From IMG/VR virus record IMGVR_UViG_3300028888_000052: a DNA stretch of 64,000 nt; one strand, given 5' to 3'. This document shows, piece after piece, positions 20,581 through 30,051 of the stretch. The notes under the pieces are model-generated. The model had not been told where the DNA came from and did no database searches. It saw only the letters and a program-made list of their open reading frames with translations. Position 1 is the stretch's first letter. Each line of letters begins with the position of its first letter. This DNA is from a virus. Taxonomy: Duplodnaviria; Caudoviricetes. The translations under genes were made by a program, and so were the position numbers.

Positions 20581-22226
20581 TATTTCTCCTTTTCTTTATT
20601 TTTCTTTTCTTCAGCTTCTTTAGCTTTCTTTTCTGCTTCTTCTTTGAAACTATAAGCTAAATCATCTTCAAGAATATGTTTCTTTGCAGGATTAATTTGA
20701 TAAGCCATACGAGACATTACATCACGATTTATAAGAACTTTTTGTTTCTTATTACGATTATCAACTAATGCAAATTCTACATCAAGAAGTTTACGTGAAC
20801 CAACTTGTATACATGGTATAATAACTGTAGTACGTTCTTCTGTTTGTTGACCAACAATAGCATGTGATTCACCTTCTTTCTTGAATTGATATTTCTTACC
20901 ATCAATAGTGGCAATAACAAGATTACCTTTATAATCTACTGAATCACATCCAATAGTTGAAGCTTTAGCACCATTACCTGTATCAAATTTAGCTTCAAAT
21001 TCAAATTCATCATCATTATCCATAATGAATTTTACATTTTCAAGATATCCTATAGCCTTAGGAGCAAGTACTAATTCATTAACATCATTGATTTCATCAA
21101 GAAGGATTTCCATAAAGTTATCATCAATAACTTCAGAAATACCATCTGTACCTGGAGAAGCATTATATTCAAGAACAACATTATCTCCAACTTCAGGATT
21201 AGAACCTTTTACAAGTGGCATAATGTCAACAGCACACCAAGGCATACCAGAAATTTTAGCAACTTTTAATGCTATTTCTTCTTGTTCTGGAGTAAGAGTT
21301 ACTTTTTCAGCAGTAGCACCAAGTGAAACATTAGAACGGAAGTCACCACCAATCTTCTTACGTTTCATTTGTGCAAGTATTTTTTGGTGAGTTCTCATTG
21401 TTAATACATGAACACGGATATCACCACCATCAGCTTCTTCTTTCTTTTGTACTAATAATTCACGTTCTTCATCAACTGCAAATACCATTTGAAGCATTGA
21501 AAGAATTGTTTTACCAGTTTGCATTGTAACACCAGTTCCACCATGACCATCAAGTATCTTTACAACATATTCTTTCTTTTTATCTTCATCTTCATTCTTA
21601 CCAACATCTGGATAAATTTCTTTAAGTTTCTTCTTAAGAGATTCTTCACCTTTGTTTATATCATTTTTTGATATAAGAGTAAATTTAGGTTGAGGAATTT
21701 CATAACGTTCCATTAAAACAGATGATTGATATTTATTAGAAGCTTTCTTAGCTGCTTGAATAGGGTTAAGTACAAAGAATCCCCAATCTTGAAGTTCTTT
21801 AATAAGTTCCATACATTCTTCAGAATCTTGTGCACCAAGACGAGTTATAACAATTGTATCAACATTAGATTGTTCATCAATTTTATATTTATTCTCATTA
21901 TCGTGCCATTCGATTACATCATCTGTAGCTTTATAATCAACTTCTTCTGCAACAAATGGGAATATATCAACACCTTTACCTTTAACAGCTTGTTCAAGAT
22001 TCTTTAATGTTTTATTAGTTTTTGAATCTCTATCATTTGTAAAGATAATGATATTTTTGAAGAAATATCCTTTCTTTTTATCTTCTTTTTCAGCTTCAGT
22101 TATTTGTGTTTCTTGTACTGGAGTTTCTTCTTTTTTTGATTCTTTGATACGACCAGCATATCTAAATTTCAAATCATCAACTGACTTGATATTTCTATAA
22201 TCAATAATATCGTTTAAATTTTTCAT
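20580..22226 (-). CDS. RimK-family ATP-grasp ligase fused to a retropepsin-like (RimB/PF05618-type) protease
   Basis: ATP-grasp motifs NKY, VVKILDGHGGTGV, DIRVHV, DFRSNVSLGA, AVDIM, VLEYNASPG; protease motifs IGYLENV, AKFDTGNG, VLINRDVM. Confidence 0.85.
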   Translation of the reverse strand: MKNLNDIIDYRNIKSVDDLKFRYAGRIKESKKEETPVQETQITEAEKEDKKKGYFFKNIIIFTNDRDSKTNKTLKNLEQAVKGKGVDIFPFVAEEVDYKATDDVIEWHDNENKYKIDEQSNVDTIVITRLGAQDSEECMELIKELQDWGFFVLNPIQAAKKASNKYQSSVLMERYEIPQPKFTLISKNDINKGEESLKKKLKEIYPDVGKNEDEDKKKEYVVKILDGHGGTGVTMQTGKTILSMLQMVFAVDEERELLVQKKEEADGGDIRVHVLTMRTHQKILAQMKRKKIGGDFRSNVSLGATAEKVTLTPEQEEIALKVAKISGMPWCAVDIMPLVKGSNPEVGDNVVLEYNASPGTDGISEVIDDNFMEILLDEINDVNELVLAPKAIGYLENVKFIMDNDDEFEFEAKFDTGNGAKASTIGCDSVDYKGNLVIATIDGKKYQFKKEGESHAIVGQQTEERTTVIIPCIQVGSRKLLDVEFALVDNRNKKQKVLINRDVMSRMAYQINPAKKHILEDDLAYSFKEEAEKKAKEAEEKKNKEKEK

Positions 22227-22281
22227 AAATTATAAGTATTTTATATCTATATTTAATAATAAATATATTGACTTTAATAGG

Positions 22282-23313
22282 ATGTCAGAGTATAAAAAAT
22301 TAGAGAACTTAATTAAAGACAAAAAAATTCTATATATTCCAATTTATTCATGTTTTGATTACAAGACTAATGAATTGAATTTTAAGGCTGATGGAAATAT
22401 TAATAGATTTTTAACTACATTTTTCTTTTGTAGAAATTATAAATCTTTAACAATTTTATATCCACCAACAGGAAATAATATTAATTGGTTTGAAACAACT
22501 TGTAAAAATATATTACATGATGTTAATTTAGAACCATGTAGTTTTATTGTAAAATCTGCTAAAATTGAGAGAAGTCTTGATTTTGCAAATAATGTTTTCA
22601 ATAGTTTAAAGTGTCTTTATGAATATGATTTTATTATTGTAGAATCTCAACATTTGTTTTTGAAATTTTATAATAATGGATATAAGAATTTAATTTATTG
22701 GTGTCCAGTTTGTGCAACTAATGAAAAGACAAGAGATTTTCTTGAACCATTCAAAGAATTAGATAGATATATATTTAGTATTGCTGAACATACAATAGTA
22801 GCATCAGATGACCAAGTAACATATTATAAAACTATTTGTAAAGATAAAGAACCTATTCAAATTAAAAAACTTATTAATAGAATTTTACCATGTTTTAATT
22901 ATACAAAACAAAAAGATGTGATAGAATTATTCAATAAGTTTAATAGTTATCATAAAATATTCTTACCATTTAGATTAACAGATAGAGGTTATCAAATGCA
23001 AGAAATATTTGATTATCTTTATAATGAATATAGAGGAACAAAGTCATTTAAAGTTTTTTATACTAATCCTAATAATTGTGACATATATCAATTTGCAAAA
23101 AATGACTCTTATAAGAAATTATTCATAGATAATAATTTTATTCAAGTTAGTAAAGATAGAGATACTTATTATACAATTATTGATGATTGTAATGTAATTA
23201 TTCCTTATTTTGAAGATATTGAATTTATATGTCATGCGGCAATTGATGAATTCAAATTTGGTCATTGTACTGTATGTAAAAATTTGGAAGAATTTAAATC
23301 TATATTGAATTAA
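22282..23313 (+). CDS. Putative DNA glycosyltransferase (GT-B; arabinosyltransferase-like)
   Basis: ILYIPIYS...DGN, YWCPV, IFLPFRLTDRGY, YTNPN; from memory resembles putative arabinosyltransferases of RB69-like phages; first gene of the modification operon. Confidence 0.55.
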   Translation: MSEYKKLENLIKDKKILYIPIYSCFDYKTNELNFKADGNINRFLTTFFFCRNYKSLTILYPPTGNNINWFETTCKNILHDVNLEPCSFIVKSAKIERSLDFANNVFNSLKCLYEYDFIIVESQHLFLKFYNNGYKNLIYWCPVCATNEKTRDFLEPFKELDRYIFSIAEHTIVASDDQVTYYKTICKDKEPIQIKKLINRILPCFNYTKQKDVIELFNKFNSYHKIFLPFRLTDRGYQMQEIFDYLYNEYRGTKSFKVFYTNPNNCDIYQFAKNDSYKKLFIDNNFIQVSKDRDTYYTIIDDCNVIIPYFEDIEFICHAAIDEFKFGHCTVCKNLEEFKSILN

Positions 23314-23330
23314 ATATATATCTTATTGTT

Positions 23331-23987
23331 ATGCCACAAAAAATACAAGATAAATTATCAAGTACTTTAAGAATTTTTAGTGATTTAATTGAATCACCTA
23401 GTTGTATAGATTTAATAAATGAATTAAAAGAAGTAAAGAATCCAACATTTATATTTAGTGGAGTAGGAAAGAATTGGTATATTTGTGAGAAAGAAGTGAA
23501 GACATTTATATCGATGGGATTAAATGCTAAATCATTAGATTGCACGCATGCATTACATGGTGATTTAGGTATGCTTATGAATGACAAAGAGTTAAAATAT
23601 ATATTCTTTGTATCTAAGTCAGGCAAAACAAATGAGATGCATAAGCTTATAGATGTCATAGTTGATTTAAAAGAGAAGAATATCATCAAGAATATCAATT
23701 TAATTATGCTTTGTTTGAATCCAACTATAGAAGATTCGATAGATGCGACAAAGTTTGAGTTTATATTAAAACCATCTATTAAATTTAAAGATATTGCAAA
23801 CATTGAATTAGATGATAGAAATCTTATACCAACATTGTCTATTAATATAACACAAGGTGTCTTAGATTATATTGGAGTAAATATCTATGAAAATAATCCA
23901 GAATTAATTGAAAATTATAAATATAACCATCTTGGTGGCTCAAATGGAAGAGCATTAGGAATGGAAAAATATTTAGAAGAAATATGA
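23331..23987 (+). CDS. SIS-domain sugar-phosphate isomerase (KdsD/arabinose-5-phosphate isomerase-like, no CBS domains)
   Basis: FSGVGKN, HALHGDLG, VSKSGKTNE, IPTLS, HLGGSNG. Confidence 0.85.
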   Translation: MPQKIQDKLSSTLRIFSDLIESPSCIDLINELKEVKNPTFIFSGVGKNWYICEKEVKTFISMGLNAKSLDCTHALHGDLGMLMNDKELKYIFFVSKSGKTNEMHKLIDVIVDLKEKNIIKNINLIMLCLNPTIEDSIDATKFEFILKPSIKFKDIANIELDDRNLIPTLSINITQGVLDYIGVNIYENNPELIENYKYNHLGGSNGRALGMEKYLEEI

Positions 23988-25546
23988 ATATAATTATAGT
24001 AGCAGGTGGATTAGGTACAAGATTTCAAGATCTTTCAGTTTTTCCAAAAATTTTATTACCAACAAAAGCATATAACTCATTATTAGAACAAAATTATGAG
24101 ATATTTGTAAATGGATGGGATCATAAATTGTTTTTAATTATAAATGAAAAATATTATGATATGACAGTTAATTATTGTCATGTTAATAATATTGATGTAA
24201 AAATTATTAAGTCTACAAATACAAATGGATCATATAATACAATATTAAGTGTATATGATCAGATACCTCATGAAAATGTTTTATTTATTTGGTCAGATTT
24301 GGAATTGTCTTCTATAGATGATTCATTCAATCTAATAGATGATGATACAATATTCACTTATAATGGAGAATATAGATATGGTATAGATGATGGTAAAATT
24401 ACATATCATGATTTTTATGATGGTAATATTCCAGGAATTTATTATTTGACAAATCTTAATAGATATTTTTCTGATTATAGATTGGATGAAAATGATAATT
24501 ATGATTTAATAGAAGCAATTAAAGAATTTAATTATGATATTAATGCATGTGAGTATCAAGGTAAATTAGAAGAGTATAGAGATAAACAAACATATATAAA
24601 TCATATTAAAGAAACTAATTCAAATGTAGAACTGTCATTCAAAACAAGATTTTTTAATATGATTGAACCTGATTATTCAATACCGGGTGAATATAAAATC
24701 AAAAAGTGGGCGGTTAATTCTGATTATTATCATCTTATTAGAAAAGAATATGATTGGTATAATAAGCTTAAACAACAAGATTTAGGTAATTATACTTATG
24801 ATATGATTGTACCAAAAGTATATGATGGTATGATAAAAAATAATACAGGATTTGTAATGGCTTTATTGGATAATTATATGCCATTACATGAATTTATTAA
24901 AACAAGACCAGTAGAAGATGTTCAAAGAGTATATAAGACAATTCATCTCCATTTAGATGCATTATCAAGATGCAAGAAAGAAGTTGATGATTTAGATTTT
25001 TATCAAGATTTGAAAAAAGAAATTATCACAAAAGTAATAGATAGATGCGAGAAAATTAAATATATGCTTATTAAATATGAACCAGAACAATTACAAGTTT
25101 TATTAGAGGAAACATATAATTATTTATGTGATAATACAGAAATTATAAATCATAAGACTTTATATTGTGTTTGTCATGGTGATTTAAATGGATCTAATGT
25201 TTTAGTTCATAAAATTACAAATGATGTTAAGTTTATAGATCCACGTGGATATTTTGGTTATACAACATTTTATGGTTGGCAAGATTATGAATATGCAAAA
25301 TTATTATATTGTTTAGATGGGTATGATGATTTTAATAATCTTCCACAAGTATATGGATTAGATATTCCACAAAGATTGAAGTGGTTTGGTAAGATTAACT
25401 ATCTTAATAAAAAGAAATATAAAGTACTTGTAGGAGTAATTTGGATAGCATTAGCAGGTTATATTTCACAAGATATTATGAAAGCAAATATAGCTTATGA
25501 GTATGGTATACAAATGTTGCAAGAGTCATTAAAGGAAAATGAGTAA
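23984..25546 (+). CDS. Sugar-phosphate nucleotidyltransferase fused to an APH/choline-kinase-like phosphotransferase
   Basis: N-terminal IIVAGGLGTRF...PKILL and WSD; C-terminal CHGDLNGSNVL...KFIDPRGYFG...YEYAKL. Confidence 0.8.
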   Translation: MNIIIVAGGLGTRFQDLSVFPKILLPTKAYNSLLEQNYEIFVNGWDHKLFLIINEKYYDMTVNYCHVNNIDVKIIKSTNTNGSYNTILSVYDQIPHENVLFIWSDLELSSIDDSFNLIDDDTIFTYNGEYRYGIDDGKITYHDFYDGNIPGIYYLTNLNRYFSDYRLDENDNYDLIEAIKEFNYDINACEYQGKLEEYRDKQTYINHIKETNSNVELSFKTRFFNMIEPDYSIPGEYKIKKWAVNSDYYHLIRKEYDWYNKLKQQDLGNYTYDMIVPKVYDGMIKNNTGFVMALLDNYMPLHEFIKTRPVEDVQRVYKTIHLHLDALSRCKKEVDDLDFYQDLKKEIITKVIDRCEKIKYMLIKYEPEQLQVLLEETYNYLCDNTEIINHKTLYCVCHGDLNGSNVLVHKITNDVKFIDPRGYFGYTTFYGWQDYEYAKLLYCLDGYDDFNNLPQVYGLDIPQRLKWFGKINYLNKKKYKVLVGVIWIALAGYISQDIMKANIAYEYGIQMLQESLKENE

Positions 25547-26096
25547 GAAATTAATAGTAATAGAAGGATTTGATAGATGTGGCAAAGATACTTTAATGTC
25601 AGATCTATCAAATCTTAATAATGATTTTTATATTTATGGTAATGATTTGACAGGATTGCCAAAATATGATAAAGAACAAGAAGAATTTTTAGTTTGGTTA
25701 AATAAATTCATTAATAAACAAGTTAATGATCTGAATGAATTATTTAAAACACATGATACAATTGTCATGTGTAGATTGTTGATTTCTGATGAAGTATATA
25801 GCACTTTATTTAATAGAGAGCATACAGCTATTAAATATATGGATCAACTTAAAGATGTAGAGATAATTCATTATTGTTTATTATTTAAGAATTTTGATGA
25901 ATATTGTGATAGATTGAAAAAAATTGGAGATGAAAATATCCAATATGATTATGAAAATTTTAATAAAATTAATCAATTATATTTAGATAAACTTCAAGAA
26001 GTAAATTACAAATATTATATAAATTATATTTATTCATATACATCTAAAAGAAGTATTTTAGAAAATTTTTATACTTATTATGATAAAGTTAAATAA
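25539..26096 (+). CDS. Deoxynucleoside monophosphate kinase (thymidylate kinase-like)
   Basis: P-loop LIVIEGFDRCGKDTL; R..ISDEVYS..FNR. Confidence 0.75.
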   Translation: MSKKLIVIEGFDRCGKDTLMSDLSNLNNDFYIYGNDLTGLPKYDKEQEEFLVWLNKFINKQVNDLNELFKTHDTIVMCRLLISDEVYSTLFNREHTAIKYMDQLKDVEIIHYCLLFKNFDEYCDRLKKIGDENIQYDYENFNKINQLYLDKLQEVNYKYYINYIYSYTSKRSILENFYTYYDKVK

Positions 26097-27324
26097 TTTT
26101 ACAAAAGGAGAAAAGAAAGGAAAGACCATAGGAATTTTTAGCCCAAGTAGATTATCACCATATAAAGAGACAAAATTACCTGGTTGGCAAGAGTCATATA
26201 ATCTTATAAAATTCTTGAAAGATTATGTTGGTTATGACAAAGTATATATATTGAATTGGTATAAGAATGACAAGAGATATGAAAAGCTTAAAGAGCAATA
26301 TCCATATCTTTATAACTTAAAGAATATAGAACAAGCTTCTAAAGATATTGATGAGATATTACAAAAGCCAGATGGGTTAGTATGTTTTGGTGGAGCTTTA
26401 CACCCAACATATTATTATATTTGTTCATTGATTTGGTATAAGAGAAATGATCCTAATTTCAAATTATATTATTATGATCATGACCCACAATTTAATAAAT
26501 TCAATTTTGTAAAAGGAATATCTTCAAGAAAATCTTTAATAAATGTTGGAATGGGAGATTTGGAAAAAGAATATTCTGATATTTATTTAGAGCACCAAAA
26601 AGAATTAATAGAATATATTGATAACAATACTATTGGTCTTTATGGCGGTTTAGATTATGACTTATATTGCAAAAAACTTAAGGGTGATATGCCCAATATG
26701 AAACAATGGTTATATTTTGACATCAATGAATATTCTTTTGCTAATAATTTTGATTTCTCAAAGATTTTAACTGATATTAAGTTTGAAGATAAATATAAGT
26801 TTGGATATTTTGGTATTAAACGTAGAAATAAAATTAGACAAGATATCATCAATAATTTATTAGGTCAATTAGATAAATCCGGAATTATTATTGGTAATGT
26901 TAGTGAAATTATTGATTGTTCTTCTAAGTTTAATTGTATAGAATCTATGCAAATACCAGATTTGTATTATTTCTTGAATAACAATATTAAGTCATCATTA
27001 TTTATAACTGACCCAGCAAATTGGAATAATTATAAAAGTTTTAGATTTTTTGAGAATTTACTTTTAGATTATGTAGGTTTTATTTATAAGAAACAAGATG
27101 TTAATAAAATCTATATTAATAATGAAGAACTTAAATCATACATATATGTTGATGAAGATGATTTCTTAGGAAAAGTAAATCAAATATCTAGTGATGAGAA
27201 ATTATATAAGCATTTAGTTTATCTTGAAAGAAAAGAGTTTTATACCCAAATGTCATCATATATGTTAGACGAGAATAAAGTAATATTTGAAGATTGGTTA
27301 AATAAGCATAAAGATTATGAATAA
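26080..27324 (+). CDS. Putative DNA glycosyltransferase, T4 beta-glucosyltransferase-like GT-B
   Basis: ESYNLIKFLK, YYYDHDPQF, FGYFGIKRRNKIR, KSFRFFENL parallel T4 BGT FTDP, YGGSFRSGQR and TLRVWE motifs. Confidence 0.6.
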   Translation: MIKLNNFTKGEKKGKTIGIFSPSRLSPYKETKLPGWQESYNLIKFLKDYVGYDKVYILNWYKNDKRYEKLKEQYPYLYNLKNIEQASKDIDEILQKPDGLVCFGGALHPTYYYICSLIWYKRNDPNFKLYYYDHDPQFNKFNFVKGISSRKSLINVGMGDLEKEYSDIYLEHQKELIEYIDNNTIGLYGGLDYDLYCKKLKGDMPNMKQWLYFDINEYSFANNFDFSKILTDIKFEDKYKFGYFGIKRRNKIRQDIINNLLGQLDKSGIIIGNVSEIIDCSSKFNCIESMQIPDLYYFLNNNIKSSLFITDPANWNNYKSFRFFENLLLDYVGFIYKKQDVNKIYINNEELKSYIYVDEDDFLGKVNQISSDEKLYKHLVYLERKEFYTQMSSYMLDENKVIFEDWLNKHKDYE

Positions 27325-28348
27325 ACAATTATCTGATAAAATATTTATATGTGGTCCATGTGCAGTTGAATCTAAGGAACAATTATTAGATATTGCAAAA
27401 GGATTAAAAGAAAATAATATAAATTGTCTTTTTAGAGCAGGTGTTTGGAAGCCAAGAACTAATCCTGGTAATTTTGAAGGTTTAGGAGAAATTGCAATCA
27501 AATGGATGTGTGAAGTTCGTAGAATATATGGATTTCAAATAGGTTGGGAAGTAGCTACCGAAGAACATATTTTGTTATCTCTTAAATATAAACCAGATTT
27601 TTTATGGATAGGAGCTAGAACTACGGTAAATCCATTTATGGTTGAAAAAATTGCCCAATTATTAGGAGATACAGATATTTCTATTTTTGTAAAAAATCCA
27701 TCAAATTCTGATTTTTCTCTTTGGTGTGGTGCTATTGAGAGATTATTAAATCATAATGTAAATGTAGTTGGAGTTATTCATCGTGGATTTTCTTCACAAA
27801 ACTTAGCAGATTATCGTAATGCACCTATGTGGTCAATTCCTATTAAACTTAAGAATAAATTCCCTAATTTATTATTGTTAGGAGATCCAAGTCACATGGG
27901 AGGTCATGATTTTCTTATTAAGGAAATTTCTCAAAAAATGATGAATTTGAATTATGATGGATTAATGATTGAAGTCCATAATAATCCTTTAGAAGCTTGG
28001 ACTGATGCTAAACAACAAATTACTCCCGAAGATTTAAAAGATATATTAGATACATTAGAAATACCTATCGAAAACACTAATAATGGTTTAGTTGAATATA
28101 GAATGCAAATTGATGAAATTGATGACCAAATTCTTTCATTAGTTAAACAAAGATTCGATATTACTAAAAAAATAGGTGAATGGAAACAAGAACATAATGT
28201 AGCTATATTCCAACAAGGTAGATATGAAGAAATATTAAAGAAAAATGAGATTAGAGCTAAACGATATAATTTAGATTTAGATTTAATAAATAATATCTTT
28301 AATGTTATACACGAAAAATCAGTAGAACAACAATTGAATAATGTATAA
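27317..28348 (+). CDS. DAHP synthase (type I-beta) with C-terminal chorismate mutase, Bacteroidota-type
   Basis: GPCAVES, RAGVWKPRT, WIGART, KNP, HRGF, DPSH, GLMIEVH, WTDAKQQ; C-terminal AroQ motif YRMQIDEIDDQILSLVKQR..I...IG..K. Confidence 0.92.
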   Translation: MNKQLSDKIFICGPCAVESKEQLLDIAKGLKENNINCLFRAGVWKPRTNPGNFEGLGEIAIKWMCEVRRIYGFQIGWEVATEEHILLSLKYKPDFLWIGARTTVNPFMVEKIAQLLGDTDISIFVKNPSNSDFSLWCGAIERLLNHNVNVVGVIHRGFSSQNLADYRNAPMWSIPIKLKNKFPNLLLLGDPSHMGGHDFLIKEISQKMMNLNYDGLMIEVHNNPLEAWTDAKQQITPEDLKDILDTLEIPIENTNNGLVEYRMQIDEIDDQILSLVKQRFDITKKIGEWKQEHNVAIFQQGRYEEILKKNEIRAKRYNLDLDLINNIFNVIHEKSVEQQLNNV

Positions 28349-28928
28349 AAATCGTCAAAAATTAGAAGTTTATAATAATTGGTTTGAGTATTTTAAAGAT
28401 TCTATAAGTAAAGATCATTTAGGATATAAAATTATATTTGTAAGTGATTGTGATGGTATTTTAACAGATGGTCGTAGCTATTTCAATGAAGTTAAGACTC
28501 ATAAGAGTTATGGATCCTATGATAAAGAAGCCGTCAAATTCATATGTGATTATATGGATGATGTAATATATTTTGTATCAGATGATAAAATAGGTTCTAA
28601 GATAACTGAGAATAGAATTAATCATCTAAAAAAATCTACTAATAATAAGCAAGTTTATTTCATGGTTCAATCACCTCAAGAAAGATATGAGTTGGTTAAA
28701 TCTTTGAAAACTCCAAAAAATATAGTTGTATTTATAGGAGATTCATTATCGGATATTCCAACATTATCTGTAGCTGATATTGCTATGACAACTAATAATG
28801 CACCTGGTGAAGTAAAGAAATATTGTAATTACATATCTTTATTAAATGGCGGAGTTGGTGGATTTGCTGATTGTATTTTTCACTTTTATGAAAATTTAAA
28901 AGATGTTAAATCTATTTTAAATATATAA
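28341..28928 (+). CDS. HAD phosphatase, KdsC-like
   Basis: VSDCDGILTDG, FIGDSLSDI, GGVGGFAD. Confidence 0.85.
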   Translation: MYKNRQKLEVYNNWFEYFKDSISKDHLGYKIIFVSDCDGILTDGRSYFNEVKTHKSYGSYDKEAVKFICDYMDDVIYFVSDDKIGSKITENRINHLKKSTNNKQVYFMVQSPQERYELVKSLKTPKNIVVFIGDSLSDIPTLSVADIAMTTNNAPGEVKKYCNYISLLNGGVGGFADCIFHFYENLKDVKSILNI

Positions 28929-28948
28929 ATATATGTTAAAATTTGTGA

Positions 28949-30040
28949 ATGGTTAACCAATTTAAAGTAGGATGTAATTTTGATTTAAAGTTAATAGACA
29001 AAGCAGTAGAATTAAACGAGAAATATAAAGGTAAAGCAGAAATTAAAGAATGGTTTGGTAGTGATGCACAAAATCATTTTGTAACTGCAAGACCAAAATG
29101 GAGATTACCAGAGATTGATGAAAAATTCTTTAAGGAATTTATTCAAAGATCAAGAGATAATGGTATTGTATTTAATTATACAATGAATAGCATTCAACCT
29201 TATGGATCAAAAGCAAATATGGTTGAACATAAACAAGAAATTCAAGATTTTGTTAAGAAACTTGAAGATATGGGTGTTTATCGTATCACATTTGCTAATC
29301 CAATGATGGGAATGTTTATTAGAGAAGTATCAAATATTGAATTAGAAATAAGTTGTATTTCACATATAGATACAGTTACACAATTCAAATATTTTCATGA
29401 GACATTAGGAGTTAATAAATTCTGTAATTCAATTTTGAAAAATAGAAATAGAGATTTCTTGAAAAATGTAGCAGAATATTGTAATGCTAATGGTATTATT
29501 CTTGAATTACTTGCTAATGAATTTTGTGGAGTAGCTGGCCCAAAATATGCAACACATTGCCCATATCGTGATTCTTGTTATTTATGTCATGCAACAAATG
29601 TGACAAAAGAAGATAGTATGTCATATGATAATTATCCAATGCATTTTTGTATGTTTGCAAGAGATGATCATAGTGATGAGGCTTGGTTAAGAATGAGATG
29701 GATTAGACCAGAGGATTTACATTATTACAATGACATTGGAATTAATTATTTCAAGATTTCTGGACGTACAGGTAGCACAGAATACGTTGCCAAGATGATG
29801 GAAGCATATATGTCAGAAAATTGGGAAGGTAATTTATTAAATCTTTGGAAACCACTACAAACAATATATAATGGCAAGAATGAATTTGAAGAAGAATTAC
29901 CAATACAGATTGATAATAAGAAATTAGATGGATTCTTAGACCATTGGTTTGATAAGAATTTTGAATGTGAAAATGAGATGTGTGGTACAACTTGTAATTA
30001 TTGTGAAAGATTTATGAATAAAATCAAAGGTAATGTTTAA
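28949..30040 (+). CDS. Peptidase U32-family Fe-S protein (probable prephenate-dependent hydroxylase)
   Basis: LELLANEFC...HCPYRDSCY...FC cysteine set, WIRPEDL..Y...GINYFKISGR, C-terminal CENEMCGTTCNYC. Confidence 0.85.
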   Translation: MVNQFKVGCNFDLKLIDKAVELNEKYKGKAEIKEWFGSDAQNHFVTARPKWRLPEIDEKFFKEFIQRSRDNGIVFNYTMNSIQPYGSKANMVEHKQEIQDFVKKLEDMGVYRITFANPMMGMFIREVSNIELEISCISHIDTVTQFKYFHETLGVNKFCNSILKNRNRDFLKNVAEYCNANGIILELLANEFCGVAGPKYATHCPYRDSCYLCHATNVTKEDSMSYDNYPMHFCMFARDDHSDEAWLRMRWIRPEDLHYYNDIGINYFKISGRTGSTEYVAKMMEAYMSENWEGNLLNLWKPLQTIYNGKNEFEEELPIQIDNKKLDGFLDHWFDKNFECENEMCGTTCNYCERFMNKIKGNV

Positions 30041-30051
30041 ACATTACCTTT
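30026..30051. terminator. Bidirectional terminator overlapping both convergent stop codons
   Basis: Palindrome AAAGGTAATGTTT/AAACATTACCTTT followed by a T-run. Confidence 0.7.

Noticed and set aside
23331-28928. Kdo biosynthesis operon (KdsD-KdsA-KdsC, plus KdsB-like 60439)
   Set aside because: The synthase has the DAHP-synthase KPRT motif, not the Kdo8P-synthase KANRS motif, and is fused to chorismate mutase. The dNMP kinase, BGT-like GT and U32 neighbours point to DNA modification. A ulosonate sugar donor is not fully excluded.
28949-30040. Collagenase/protease function for the U32 gene
   Set aside because: The family name is historical; the well-characterised members are Fe-S hydroxylases, and the context is nucleotide and sugar modification.
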